A DNA stretch of 64,000 nt from Eubacteriales bacterium (GCA_045596865.1 JAZODF010000077.1:4589-68588); one strand, 5' to 3'. Shown: positions 19,492 through 29,037, counted from the first letter of the stretch. Translations and numbers: made by a program. Notes: generated by a model from the sequence alone, not told the origin.

Positions 19492-21078
19492 TCAGATTTT
19501 GGAACAGGAGAGGATAAGTGCCTCGGCAGAGCGGATGCCGTCGGTCGCGCTCGAGATAATGCCACCCGCGTATCCCGCGCCCTCGCCCGCGGGATAGATG
19601 CCCGCAAAGCCATCAGCGGTGCGATCCTCGGAGCGGAGGATGCGGACGGGGGAGGTGGTGCGCGTTTCGGGCCCCGTGAGGGTGGCGTCGGGATAGTAAT
19701 AGCCGCCGAGCCAGGCATCAAAATCGGGCATTGCCATTTTGAGCGAGTCGGTGATGAAATCGGGGAGATATTCGGTCGGGCTATGTGGGACGGTGCCGCG
19801 TGGGTAGCTCGGCTTCACGGAGGCGAGGGTTGTAGCCCCCTTCCCCTTCATGAAGTCATCGAGGCGGAAGGCGGGTGCGCAAAAATCGGTGGTGAGGTCG
19901 AAGGCACGCCGCTCGATTTTACGTTGCAGATCAAAGCCCGCGAGGGGGTGGTCTGAGGCAAAATCGGCGGGTGTGACAGACACGAGGAGGGCGGAATTTG
20001 AGTTATCTGCCATTCGGTCATATTCGCTCATACCGTTTGTGACGATGCCGCCCTGCTCGCTCGCGGCGGCGACGACCGTGCCACCCGGGCACATACAGAA
20101 GCTATACACGCTACGGCCGCTTGCGAGGTGGGTGACGAGGTGGTAGGATGCCGTTTCCTCGATATACGGGCGATCGTTTTTATACACGATTTCGTTGATA
20201 TACTCGCGGGGATGCTCAATACGCAGGCCGATGCCAAAGCCGCGTGCCTGCATCGACAGGCCGCGCTCGTGGAGCATTTTTATAGTATCATGCGCGCTGT
20301 GCCCCGTGGCGAGGATGACGGCGCGGGTGGGGATAGTTTCGGTCCCACCATCCTTTTCGTAGGTGACGGCGGTGAGCCTACCGTCGGTGACGGCGATGTC
20401 GGTCATACGCGCGCCGAAGATAACGGTGCCGCCGAGGCTCTCGATTTTCTTACGGATCTCACGGACGATTGAGGGCAATTTATCCGTGCCGAGGTGGGCG
20501 GTGGAGGAGTACATAATATCCTCGGTTGCACCTGCGGCGACGAATTCGGCAAGTGCCTTTTGCTTATATTTATCCATGGCGCCGCTTTTGAGCTTGCCGT
20601 CCGAGTAGGTGCCCGCGCCGCCCTCGCCAAACTGGACGTTACACTCGGGGTCAAGGATGCCGAGGCGATTAAAGAGGTCGACGCGCGCGGTGCGCTCCTC
20701 CACGGGGAGGCCGCGCTCAAGGAGGATGGGATTTGCGCCCGATTCGGCAAGGGTGAGTGCGGCAAACAGACCCGCGGGGCCCGCGCCGACGACAACGGGG
20801 GCAAAGCCGCCCGTAAAAGCGGGGATGTCGAAGGCGAGGTCCGGACAGGACATGACGCGGCGTTTTAGTTTAAGGAGAGATGCCTCCCTCTCGGGGGTGA
20901 GGTCGAGGGCGACGGAGGCGCGGTAATGCGGATTACCGTCACCGTTTGACACGAGGGTGCGGCGGATGAGGCGGAAATCGCCAAGCTCGCACGCGCGGAC
21001 GGGGGCGGCGGCGGTCAGGGCGACCCTGACGTCATCGGCGGTATATTTAATTGGCAGGTCAATATCGATGCGGATCAC
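19492..21078 (-). CDS. Conserved NAD(P)/FAD-dependent oxidoreductase
   Basis: VVGAGPAGLFAA, QFGEGGAGTYSDGKL, YSFCMCPGG, ETRTTSPVRI and GEGAGYAGGI motifs. Confidence 0.88.
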   Translation of the reverse strand: MIRIDIDLPIKYTADDVRVALTAAAPVRACELGDFRLIRRTLVSNGDGNPHYRASVALDLTPEREASLLKLKRRVMSCPDLAFDIPAFTGGFAPVVVGAGPAGLFAALTLAESGANPILLERGLPVEERTARVDLFNRLGILDPECNVQFGEGGAGTYSDGKLKSGAMDKYKQKALAEFVAAGATEDIMYSSTAHLGTDKLPSIVREIRKKIESLGGTVIFGARMTDIAVTDGRLTAVTYEKDGGTETIPTRAVILATGHSAHDTIKMLHERGLSMQARGFGIGLRIEHPREYINEIVYKNDRPYIEETASYHLVTHLASGRSVYSFCMCPGGTVVAAASEQGGIVTNGMSEYDRMADNSNSALLVSVTPADFASDHPLAGFDLQRKIERRAFDLTTDFCAPAFRLDDFMKGKGATTLASVKPSYPRGTVPHSPTEYLPDFITDSLKMAMPDFDAWLGGYYYPDATLTGPETRTTSPVRILRSEDRTADGFAGIYPAGEGAGYAGGIISSATDGIRSAEALILSCSKI

Positions 21079-21146
21079 GGGTGCACCCTCCTTCCCTTTT
21101 TTATTAATTGTAGCATATTATACGGTTATTTGCAAGGGGCAAAAGA

Positions 21147-21175
21147 AAAACCGAGCCTTACGCGGCTCGGTTTTC
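21147..21175 (-). terminator. Intrinsic terminator of the liv operon
   Basis: Minus strand GAAAACCGAGCC-loop-GGCTCGGTTTTTCTTTT. Confidence 0.75.
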
Positions 21176-21194
21176 GTTAGGTTTTGGGGCTGTA

Positions 21195-21905
21195 TCAGCC
21201 GCCGAGGTAGGCGCGCTTGATATCCTCGTCACCGAGGAGCTCCTCACCCGTGCCCGTTTTCGTCATATTTCCGATTTCGAGGACGTATGCGCGGTTGGCG
21301 ATGGATAGCGCCTTCTTCGCATTTTGCTCAACGAGGAGGACGGTGGTGCCCATATCGTTGACCTTCTTTATCATTTCGAAGATGGTATTGACGTAGAGGG
21401 GGGAGAGGCCCATGCTCGGCTCATCGAGCAGGAGAAGTCGGGGCGAGGACATCAGGGCGCGGGACATTGCGAGCATTTGCTGCTCGCCACCCGAGAGGGT
21501 GCCTGCAATCTGATTTTTACGCTCGGCAAGGATTGGGAAGTAGGAGTACATTTCATCGAGCTTGCGAAGGAACTCTGCCTTATCGCGCTTGATGTAATAG
21601 CCCATACGGAGGTTTTCGATGACCGAGAGCTCCTGGAAGATGCGGCGTCCCTCGGGGACCTGTGCCATTCCCATATAGACGAGCTTGTGCGCGGGGGTGA
21701 CCGTTACGTCGGTGCCGTCGAAGACGACGCTTCCGCCCGCCTTCGGGATTATGCCGCCGAGGGCGTGCATAATGGTGGTTTTACCCGCGCCGTTGGCGCC
21801 GATCAAGGACACGATCTCGCCCTCGTTGACAGAGAAGCTGACCCCCTTTACCGCCTTGATAAGGCCGTAGGAGACGGAGAGATTATTAACTTCAAGTAAT
21901 GCCAT
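21195..21905 (-). CDS. livF: Branched-chain amino acid ABC transporter ATP-binding protein
   Basis: GANGAGKTT, VPEGRRIF, LSGGEQQMLA and DEPSMGLSP motifs. Confidence 0.95.
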   Translation of the reverse strand: MALLEVNNLSVSYGLIKAVKGVSFSVNEGEIVSLIGANGAGKTTIMHALGGIIPKAGGSVVFDGTDVTVTPAHKLVYMGMAQVPEGRRIFQELSVIENLRMGYYIKRDKAEFLRKLDEMYSYFPILAERKNQIAGTLSGGEQQMLAMSRALMSSPRLLLLDEPSMGLSPLYVNTIFEMIKKVNDMGTTVLLVEQNAKKALSIANRAYVLEIGNMTKTGTGEELLGDEDIKRAYLGG

Positions 21906-21914
21906 ATTCCCTCC

Positions 21915-22685
21915 TTAATCGCCGAGATACGCCTTGACAACGGCGGGGTCATTCAAAACGGTATTGACGTCGCCCTCGGCGAGAGTGACGCCGAAGTTCA
22001 GCACGGTCAGGCGGTCACAGATGCCAGAGACGAGCGACATATCGTGCTCGATAAGGAGGATAGTCATATCGAAGTTATCGCGCACGAAGCGGATGGTTTC
22101 CATAAGCTCCGCCGTTTCCTGCGGGTTCATGCCCGCGGCGGGCTCATCAAGCAGGAGGAGCTTCGGCGAGGTTGCCATAGCGCGGGCAATCTCAAGGCGG
22201 CGCTGCTTGCCGTAGGGGAGATTGTAGGCGAGCTGATTGCGCTCCTCGTAGAGGCCGAAGATCTTCAGAAGCTCCTTCGCCCTTTCGCGCATTTCTCGCT
22301 CGACGCGGAAGTGACGGGGGAGGCGGAGCATGCTCTCGATTATCGAGCACTTGAACTCATCCGAGTTATGAAGGCCGACCATGACGTTACGGACGACGGT
22401 CATATTGTTGAAAAGACGGATGTTCTGGAAGGTGCGGGCGATGCCCTTGTGGTTGATCTGCTCCTGCTTTTTGCCCTTGAGCTCCTCACCGCAGAGGTAG
22501 AAGGTGCCGGTGGTAGGCTGATAGACGCCCGTGAGCATATTGAAGACGGTGGTCTTACCCGCGCCGTTAGGGCCGATGAGGCCGTAGATCTCGTTCTTTC
22601 TGATTTCGAGGTTAACGTTCTGGACAGCCTTGAGGCCGCCGAAGGAGATGCCGAGATTTTCGGTTTTTAAGACGGTTTCTTTCAT
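21915..22685 (-). CDS. livG: Branched-chain amino acid ABC transporter ATP-binding protein
   Basis: FGGLKAV, GPNGAGKTT, ARTFQNIRLF, LPYGKQRRLEIARA and DEPAAGMN motifs. Confidence 0.95.
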   Translation of the reverse strand: MKETVLKTENLGISFGGLKAVQNVNLEIRKNEIYGLIGPNGAGKTTVFNMLTGVYQPTTGTFYLCGEELKGKKQEQINHKGIARTFQNIRLFNNMTVVRNVMVGLHNSDEFKCSIIESMLRLPRHFRVEREMRERAKELLKIFGLYEERNQLAYNLPYGKQRRLEIARAMATSPKLLLLDEPAAGMNPQETAELMETIRFVRDNFDMTILLIEHDMSLVSGICDRLTVLNFGVTLAEGDVNTVLNDPAVVKAYLGD

Positions 22686-23839
22686 TTAGGTCTTTCCTCC
22701 TTATCCGGCTTCATTGTGCTTTCGGTGACGATAAGGTCGGTGGAGAGGACCTCGTCCATATCGATCTTGGTGGGAACGACGTCCCAACGGGCATCGTCAT
22801 CGCCCGCGTAGCCTGCGCCACGGCGCTTCACCATCATGCGGCGGAGGATCGCGCGGAGGTTGTACTTCTCCCTGAAGCCCTTGAGGGCGGGGGCGTTGTT
22901 GTAGATGACCATGAGGACGAGGATGAGCGAGTAGATGATGTCCTTCAGGACGGCGAGGTCGCCCGAGAGGAGGGTCTGCAGCTCGGTATTGAGGATGGTG
23001 ATAAGGGTGGCGGAGATTATCGCGCCCGTGATATTACCCATACCGCCGAGGACGACCATAACGAGCATTTCGATGGAGTAGTTATAGTCGAATATTTCGG
23101 GGCGGACGTTGAAGTTAGCGAAGCTGTAAAATACGCCCGCGACACCCGCGAAGGCGGCGGAGATGATGAAGCCGAGGAGCTTGTATTTAGTGACGTTGAT
23201 GCCCGTTGCGCGTGCGGCGATCTCGTTATCGCGGATCGCGGTGATGGCGCGGCCGTGCTTCGAGCGGATGGTGTTCTGTATCACAAAGAGGGTGATAAGA
23301 ACGAGGGTAAAGCCGATGATAAAGAGATAGTTTTTATCAAAGCGGGGGGTGCGGATGCCCATGGGGCCACCAAAGCTCTCGGGCGAGGAGTTCTGGAACA
23401 CGGTTTTGACGATTTCGCCGAAGGCGAGGGTGACGATCGCGAGGTAGTCGCCCTTCAGACGGAGGGCGGGCAGGCCGATAACGAAGCCGAAGATGCCCGC
23501 GACGATAGCGCCGACAACCGTGGAGATAAGCAGATTCAGGATGCCGTCACCGAGCGCGGTCGCGGCGAGGACGGTTGCCATTTTGCCGCCGATATACGCG
23601 CCGATGCACATAAAGCCCGCGTGGCCGAGCGACAGCTCACCAAGGAAGCCGACGACGAGCGAGAGCGACACGGCGAGGATGACGTTCAGGGTGATGTTTT
23701 CAAGCAGGTAAAGAAGCGAAGATTTCGGCGAGCCGATGAGCGTCATAAGCGTGAAGACGAGCATGGCGAGGGTGACGCCGATATAGTTGATATAGTGCTT
23801 CCATTTGACGTTTTTGAGGGTTGAGAGGATCTTCGTCAT
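22682..23839 (-). CDS. livM: Branched-chain amino acid ABC transporter permease
   Basis: GELSLGHAGF, LRLKGDYLAIVTLAFGEI and AIRDNEIAA motifs. Confidence 0.93.
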   Translation of the reverse strand: MTKILSTLKNVKWKHYINYIGVTLAMLVFTLMTLIGSPKSSLLYLLENITLNVILAVSLSLVVGFLGELSLGHAGFMCIGAYIGGKMATVLAATALGDGILNLLISTVVGAIVAGIFGFVIGLPALRLKGDYLAIVTLAFGEIVKTVFQNSSPESFGGPMGIRTPRFDKNYLFIIGFTLVLITLFVIQNTIRSKHGRAITAIRDNEIAARATGINVTKYKLLGFIISAAFAGVAGVFYSFANFNVRPEIFDYNYSIEMLVMVVLGGMGNITGAIISATLITILNTELQTLLSGDLAVLKDIIYSLILVLMVIYNNAPALKGFREKYNLRAILRRMMVKRRGAGYAGDDDARWDVVPTKIDMDEVLSTDLIVTESTMKPDKEERPK

Positions 23840-24744
23840 ACCTTTTCCCTCCTTTTCTTACCGAGGATGCCGGTGGGCTTGACGAGGAGGATGACGATGA
23901 GGATGGCAAACTCGATGGCGATGGTATAGGGTGCGACGGCGGGGATGGAGTTGCAGATGCACTCGACAACGCCGAGCAGGATACCGCCGAGCATTGCACC
24001 CGGGATGGAGCCGATACCGCCGATGACGGCGGCGGTGAATGCCTTAATACCCGGGAGGGCACCGAAGGTGGAATTCATATAGGGCACGTCAAGCAGGCTG
24101 AAAAGGCCCGCGAGCGCGGCGAGAGCCGAGCCGATGGCAAAGGTGACGGTGATTATGCGATTAATATTGATGCCCATCAGGCGGGCGGCATCGCGGTCCT
24201 CGGACACGGCGACCATTGCCCTACCCGTTTTCGAATACTTGACGAAGAGGGAGAGCGCGGTCATAATGACGACGGTCGCGACGAGGGTGATGATTGTGCT
24301 GACCTTGATCTGCAATTCGCCAAAGCGGACAACGCCAAGGCGGAACACCTCAACGACGCGGGTGTTTGCACCGAAGATGATGAGGGCAAGGCTCTGCAGC
24401 AGGTAGCTGACGCCGATGGCGGTGATAAGGACGGCGAGGGGGGATGCGCCGCGAAGTGGGCGGTAGGCAACCCTCTCCATCGTTATGCCAAGGAGGACAC
24501 AAACGACGACCGAGGTGATGATCGCGATTATGGGCATAAGGATTGCCCAGACGGGATCGGGTATGAACTGCGGCACGGAGGCGGAGACGAACACGAAGAG
24601 CGTGTAGCCGCCGACCATAATGACGTCACCGTGGGCGAAATTCAACAGCTTCGCAATGCCGTAGACCATCGTGTAGCCGAGCGCGATCATCGCGTAGACA
24701 CCACCGAGGCTAAGTCCGTTGAACAAAGTTATGATAAAATCCAT
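23836..24744 (-). CDS. livH: Branched-chain amino acid ABC transporter permease
   Basis: YAMIALGYTMVYGI, NFAHG and KAFTAAVIGGIGSIPGA motifs. ATG 24744 follows AAGGA. Confidence 0.93.
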   Translation of the reverse strand: MDFIITLFNGLSLGGVYAMIALGYTMVYGIAKLLNFAHGDVIMVGGYTLFVFVSASVPQFIPDPVWAILMPIIAIITSVVVCVLLGITMERVAYRPLRGASPLAVLITAIGVSYLLQSLALIIFGANTRVVEVFRLGVVRFGELQIKVSTIITLVATVVIMTALSLFVKYSKTGRAMVAVSEDRDAARLMGININRIITVTFAIGSALAALAGLFSLLDVPYMNSTFGALPGIKAFTAAVIGGIGSIPGAMLGGILLGVVECICNSIPAVAPYTIAIEFAILIVILLVKPTGILGKKRREKV

Positions 24745-24819
24745 AAAATTCCTTTTTCCTATTACATGACGATTTGCCGACACGGAAAATCCGCGTCAGC
24801 AAATCGGAAAATTTGTTAT

Positions 24820-26034
24820 TTATGCGCCGGTAACGCCCTTTACAGAGTAAGGAACGGCGGTCTTGTTAACGAATCCGTTATCGGTCCAGGAAATGTTGGA
24901 ATATCCGTTCGCCTCGGGTGCGCCCGTGATACCGTGGAATACGAAGGAATCGTTGTTGAACACGTCGGTGAGGATGTCGCAGAAGTCGGATGCGGAGGTG
25001 GAGGCGGAGAATTCAACGCCGTTGCTCTTCGCAAACTTCAGTGCCTCGTAGATCGCGTAAACGCAGTCATACGCGGATGCGCCAAACTGGTTGAGGGGCT
25101 CCTTTACCTCGTCGTAGGTGTCGTTGTACTTCTTGATGAAGTCGGCGGCGGCACCCTCGGTTGCCATGGAGTTGAAGTGAGAGAGATAGGAAACGGCCTG
25201 GGTGATGGAGTTGATGTCGAAGCCGTCGATAGCGTCGATACCGTCAAGACCGTCGCAGCCGAAGTAAACGGCATCAGCCTTTACGGTGTTGGCGGCCTGC
25301 ATCATGAACTGAGATGCGGGGGTGTAGTAGATGGGCATAAAGATGACGTCGCAGTCCTTCAGCTCCTGAATCTGGGAGGCGAAGTTGGTTTCCTTGCCCA
25401 TGAAGGAGGCGGTCTTTACGGTGAAGGAGGAGTCAAGGGCGGCGAGGAATTTGTCCTTGATGCCGTAGGAATACTCATCGTCGGATTTGAAGAATACGCC
25501 GACGGTCTTGCCCTTGTAGGTTTCGTTAAAGAGCTGAGCGGAGGCGGTACCCTGGTTAGAGTCAGCAAAGCACATCTGGTATGCGTTATCGTACTCGGGA
25601 ATTGCGTCGCCGGAGGCGGAGGGAGTGAGGACGAATACGTTATCATCCTTCGCGAGCTCCTTGAACTCGAGGCCGGGGGCGGTAGTAACGGTGCCAAGGG
25701 AGATCTGCATTCCGTTTTCAAACATGGTTGCATAGTTGTTGGTAACAAGGGATGCGTCGTGCTTGTCATCGGTGAACATAAGCTCGAAGGTCATGCCGAG
25801 AGGGCCGTTGCCGTCCTTCTCAATTGCGTTGATCTCATCAACGGCAATCTTTGCCGCGTTGCGGACGGCGACACCGTAAACGGCGGCGTCACCCGTAAGG
25901 GGGCCGGAGAAGCCGATCTTGACGGTATTGCCGTTATCCTGCTTGCAGGAGACCATACCGAATGCCATACATACCATCATAACGCCGACGAGGGCGACGG
26001 AGATAACCTTTTTCATAAAGTGATTGTTGCTCAT
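24820..26034 (-). CDS. Branched-chain amino acid ABC transporter substrate-binding lipoprotein (LivJ/LivK family)
   Basis: Lipobox MVSC and VKIGFSGPLTGDAAVYG motif. First structural gene of the liv operon. Confidence 0.9.
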   Translation of the reverse strand: MSNNHFMKKVISVALVGVMMVCMAFGMVSCKQDNGNTVKIGFSGPLTGDAAVYGVAVRNAAKIAVDEINAIEKDGNGPLGMTFELMFTDDKHDASLVTNNYATMFENGMQISLGTVTTAPGLEFKELAKDDNVFVLTPSASGDAIPEYDNAYQMCFADSNQGTASAQLFNETYKGKTVGVFFKSDDEYSYGIKDKFLAALDSSFTVKTASFMGKETNFASQIQELKDCDVIFMPIYYTPASQFMMQAANTVKADAVYFGCDGLDGIDAIDGFDINSITQAVSYLSHFNSMATEGAAADFIKKYNDTYDEVKEPLNQFGASAYDCVYAIYEALKFAKSNGVEFSASTSASDFCDILTDVFNNDSFVFHGITGAPEANGYSNISWTDNGFVNKTAVPYSVKGVTGA

Positions 26035-26122
26035 TTTTATTTACCTCATTAATTATTTTTAGTTTGGAAGGAAAACGTGGGGCAGTGCCCCGTTGCCGCC
26101 GTTCTTCGGCACGCGGCAAAAT

Positions 26123-26157
26123 AAAAAAGCGGCCTACCCGTGTAACAAGTAGCCGCT
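26123..26157 (-). terminator. Attenuator-type intrinsic terminator in the liv leader
   Basis: Minus strand AGCGGCTACTTG-TTACA-CGGGTAGGCCGCT followed by a T run, between the promoter and the first gene. Confidence 0.75.
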
Positions 26158-26184
26158 AAATAATTCGACTGTCAAGCGGTCGAA

Positions 26185-26286
26185 TCATAGTCGAGGTGCC
26201 TCGTAAATGCACGGATTATTTTTCACCATATTCACAAGCAAAATCACGGGTATAGGTAGCGAAATATTAATTAGATTCGATAGCAT
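26185..26286 (-). CDS. Putative Leu/Ile/Val-rich leader peptide MLSNLINISLPIPVILLVNMVKNNPCIYEAPRL
   Basis: RBS AGGGAGAGGA-AATA-ATG. 14 of 33 codons are L/I/V. Ends 27 nt before the terminator stem. Confidence 0.7.
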   Translation of the reverse strand: MLSNLINISLPIPVILLVNMVKNNPCIYEAPRL

Positions 26287-26327
26287 TATTTCCTCTCCCT
26301 TCTGCTTTAGTGGTGAAACATGCTCAA

Positions 26328-26356
26328 ATTATACTACTTTAATACCCTTTTGTCAA
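26328..26356 (-). promoter_or_regulatory. sigmaA promoter of the liv operon
   Basis: Consensus TTGACA-N17-TATAAT on the minus strand. Confidence 0.85.
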
Positions 26357-26560
26357 CAGTTTTAATTATGACATTTTCTAATACCCTCTTGGAGGTTATT
26401 TATATGTGAAAAATATATGGGCATTGTTTACATTTTGCGCGGTGTTTCCCCTTTCCTTTTTGGCAATATTCACCCGTTTTTGTTGACTACTCCAAGGGGC
26501 GTGTTACGCGAATTAATAATTATTAAGAATTGTAAATAACTATTTTCGCGGTAGCATACG

Positions 26561-27015
26561 TCAAGAGAACAAAAAACAGGGCGGACCGAGGTCCGCCCTG
26601 TGAAATTATTAATTATCGAATCATCGAACTCGAAGGAAATTTCGAGCAGAAATTGGTGTTCTTCACCCCGTCCGCCGTTGTTACCTACGGCAAGGGGAAA
26701 CCCAACCCAACTCGAAGGAAATTTTGATGGAGTTGGCGGAAATGCGACCCGTCAGCCGTATCAAGACAACAAAAAGCAGGGCGGACCGAAGTCCGCCCTG
26801 TGAAATTATTAATTATCTAATCATCGAACTCGAAGGAAATTTCGAGCAGAAATTGGTGTTCTTCACCCCGTCCGCCGTAGTTACCTACGGAAAGGGGAAA
26901 CCCAACCCAACTCGAAGTAAATTTCGATGGAGTTGGTGGAAATGCGACCCGTCAGCCGTAGTTACCTACGGCAAGGGGAGCAGTTGCGACAAATCCGCGA
27001 AATTTACGAAGAGTT
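26561..27015. repeat. Nested tandem repeat: two 200-bp units (26561-26760, 26761-26960) containing ~81-bp hairpin subunits
   Basis: Manual alignment gives 9 mismatches in 200 bp. Core GCCGTAG-TTAC-CTACGGC occurs three times plus one truncated copy. AACTCGAAGKAAATTTYGA occurs four times. Confidence 0.9.
26571..26600 (-). terminator. Intrinsic terminator of the sugar ABC operon (second copy at about 26771-26800)
   Basis: Minus strand CAGGGCGGAC-CTCG-GTCCGCCCTG-TTTTTT. Confidence 0.75.
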
Positions 27016-28076
27016 TAGCCGACGAGACCCGAACGCTCGATACCCTGTACCAGGTAGCGCTGGCAGAAGAGGTACAGAATGATCAGGGGAGCGATGATAA
27101 GCATACCGCCCGTGTTGGTGACGACGTTCTCGTAGAGGGCGGTGCCCGCATACTCGACGCGCAGAGGCTTCGGAACCTTATAGACGTCGGGCATGAGGTA
27201 GACCTTGTTAATCTCACCGTCGTAGAAGAAGAGCGAGGTGTAGAATTCGTCGGTCCACTGCCAGGAGAAGGAGAACAGGAACACCGTGATCATCATAGGT
27301 ACGGCGAGAGGAAGGATAATCTGGAAGAAGGTGCGGAAGAAGCCCGAGCCGTCAACGTATGCAGACTCCTCCAACTCGTCGGGGACGCCCTTGAAGAACT
27401 GACGCATCAGGTAGATGTAGAGTCCGTTCTTAAACGCGAGACCGAATACGGAAAGGATGATCAGGGGGGCGAAGGTGTTAACGAGCTGGAGGGGCTGACC
27501 CGTTATGAGCTCGATAATACCGGGGTAATCCCAGGAGATTACGGTGGCAAGGTCGAAGGAGGTGAAGTGCTTACCAAGCGAGAGCTTCAGAGCGCCGTGG
27601 GGGATAACCATCGTTACAACGACGAGGCCCATCAGGAGCTTATTACCCTTGAACTTAAACTTTGCAAGACCGTAGCCGACGAGGCAGGAGACGATCATCT
27701 GAATAAGTGCGCAGGCAAGAGAGAGAAGAAGCGTGTTGATAAGTGCCTCGAAATAATGGTTTTCGACGATTAGCGCCTTGTAAATCTCGAGGGTGGGATG
27801 CTTGGGTATCAGAGAAATGGTGGAGTCGATGACGTCCTCCTTCGTCATGAAGGAGCCCGCGATACGGGCGATGAAGGGGTAAATGATGACGAAGGACACG
27901 CCGAGCATGATGAGGAAGCGGAATACCGACACAGCGGCGGTAACCCAGGTGTTGGATGCGCGCAGCTTGTGCATGAGGCGTTCCTTAAAGGTGAGCTTGC
28001 CTTCATAGTCAACGCGGATCTTGTTCTTGGTTTCCTTGGTTACAAGCGGGGTCGCCTGATTATTAGTTGAATCCAT
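27015..28076 (-). CDS. Carbohydrate ABC transporter permease (MalG-like)
   Basis: RQFFKGVPDELEESAYVDG EAA loop and QRYLVQGIERSGLVG. GGAGG RBS before ATG 28076. Confidence 0.9.
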   Translation of the reverse strand: MDSTNNQATPLVTKETKNKIRVDYEGKLTFKERLMHKLRASNTWVTAAVSVFRFLIMLGVSFVIIYPFIARIAGSFMTKEDVIDSTISLIPKHPTLEIYKALIVENHYFEALINTLLLSLACALIQMIVSCLVGYGLAKFKFKGNKLLMGLVVVTMVIPHGALKLSLGKHFTSFDLATVISWDYPGIIELITGQPLQLVNTFAPLIILSVFGLAFKNGLYIYLMRQFFKGVPDELEESAYVDGSGFFRTFFQIILPLAVPMMITVFLFSFSWQWTDEFYTSLFFYDGEINKVYLMPDVYKVPKPLRVEYAGTALYENVVTNTGGMLIIAPLIILYLFCQRYLVQGIERSGLVG

Positions 28077-28089
28077 GTCAGCACCTCCT

Positions 28090-29022
28090 TTAATCTTTTC
28101 TCTGGTAGAAGATGAACGTGGAGATGACACCCGCAATCACCGCGATGATGGCGATGATGATAACGAAGTAGATCCAATACATTGCAGTTGCCTGCGACTG
28201 GTTAGCGACGTTAGTGGAGATGTAGCTCATCGTTACGTTCGTGCTTCGTGTAAAGGAGTCAATAACCGTGTAGACCGCGTTTACAAGGATCATGGGGGAG
28301 ATCATCGGGAAGGTAACCTTCCAGAAGGTTTCCCATCCTGTTGCACCGTCGATGCGGCACGCCTCGTAAATGGATTCGGAAATCGACTGCAGGCCTGCGA
28401 GGAAGATAAGCATCTGAACACCCGAGTAGTTGATGATATTGTAAATATCATTAACCAGCTGGACAACGACGGTAACGAGGTCGCCACCGATCGCCATATT
28501 TTTGAACAGCGCCTCAACCTCCAGGACGTTGATAATTCCGCCCCCGCCCGAGCCGTCGTCGATACCGCCCGCCATCTCGCTCGACGCCATGTCATTGGCG
28601 TTAAGGGTCGTCATAATACCCGTCGAGATAATAACGGGGACGAAGAAAATGGCACGGAATGCGGCACGGCCCAGCATCTTGCCATTGAGGACAACGGCAA
28701 TGAAGAGGGAGAAGATGATTACGGCAGGTACCTCAAACACCAGCTGCTGAAGTCCCGCAAGCAGCTTCGACACGAAGGCGGGCGAATCGCGGAATGCAGA
28801 CACGTAGTAGGTGTAGTTGGGCACCAGCACCTCGGTGGGGATACCGTCGGGGTACTGCGTCGTAATGTCATGGAAGGAGAACCAAACCGAGTCAATAAGA
28901 ATCGGAATGTAAACGAGAAGGATTCCGAGGATGAAGGGGAGGACGAAGACGTAGCCCGCCCTCGCCTTTCTCGAGTCGAGGGAAACCTTACGGCGTCTCT
29001 TGATTTTTACAGAGTTATCCAT
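28090..29022 (-). CDS. Carbohydrate ABC transporter permease (MalF-like)
   Basis: FLAGLQSISESIYEACRIDGATGWETFWKVTFPM EAA loop. Confidence 0.9.
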   Translation of the reverse strand: MDNSVKIKRRRKVSLDSRKARAGYVFVLPFILGILLVYIPILIDSVWFSFHDITTQYPDGIPTEVLVPNYTYYVSAFRDSPAFVSKLLAGLQQLVFEVPAVIIFSLFIAVVLNGKMLGRAAFRAIFFVPVIISTGIMTTLNANDMASSEMAGGIDDGSGGGGIINVLEVEALFKNMAIGGDLVTVVVQLVNDIYNIINYSGVQMLIFLAGLQSISESIYEACRIDGATGWETFWKVTFPMISPMILVNAVYTVIDSFTRSTNVTMSYISTNVANQSQATAMYWIYFVIIIAIIAVIAGVISTFIFYQRKD

Positions 29023-29037
29023 AATACACTTCCCTCC

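Noticed and set aside
26040-26330. T-box riboswitch upstream of the liv operon
   Set aside because: No GGTGG-ACC-GCG T-box motif or stem I is visible. The uORF plus terminator explains the leader better.
26600-27014. ORFs 26600..26803 and the start of 26724..27773
   Set aside because: They are translations of the repeat or antisense to the permease, with no protein-like features.
26561-27015. Possible CRISPR array
   Set aside because: The sequences between the repeated cores are themselves repeated rather than unique spacers, and no cas genes are present.
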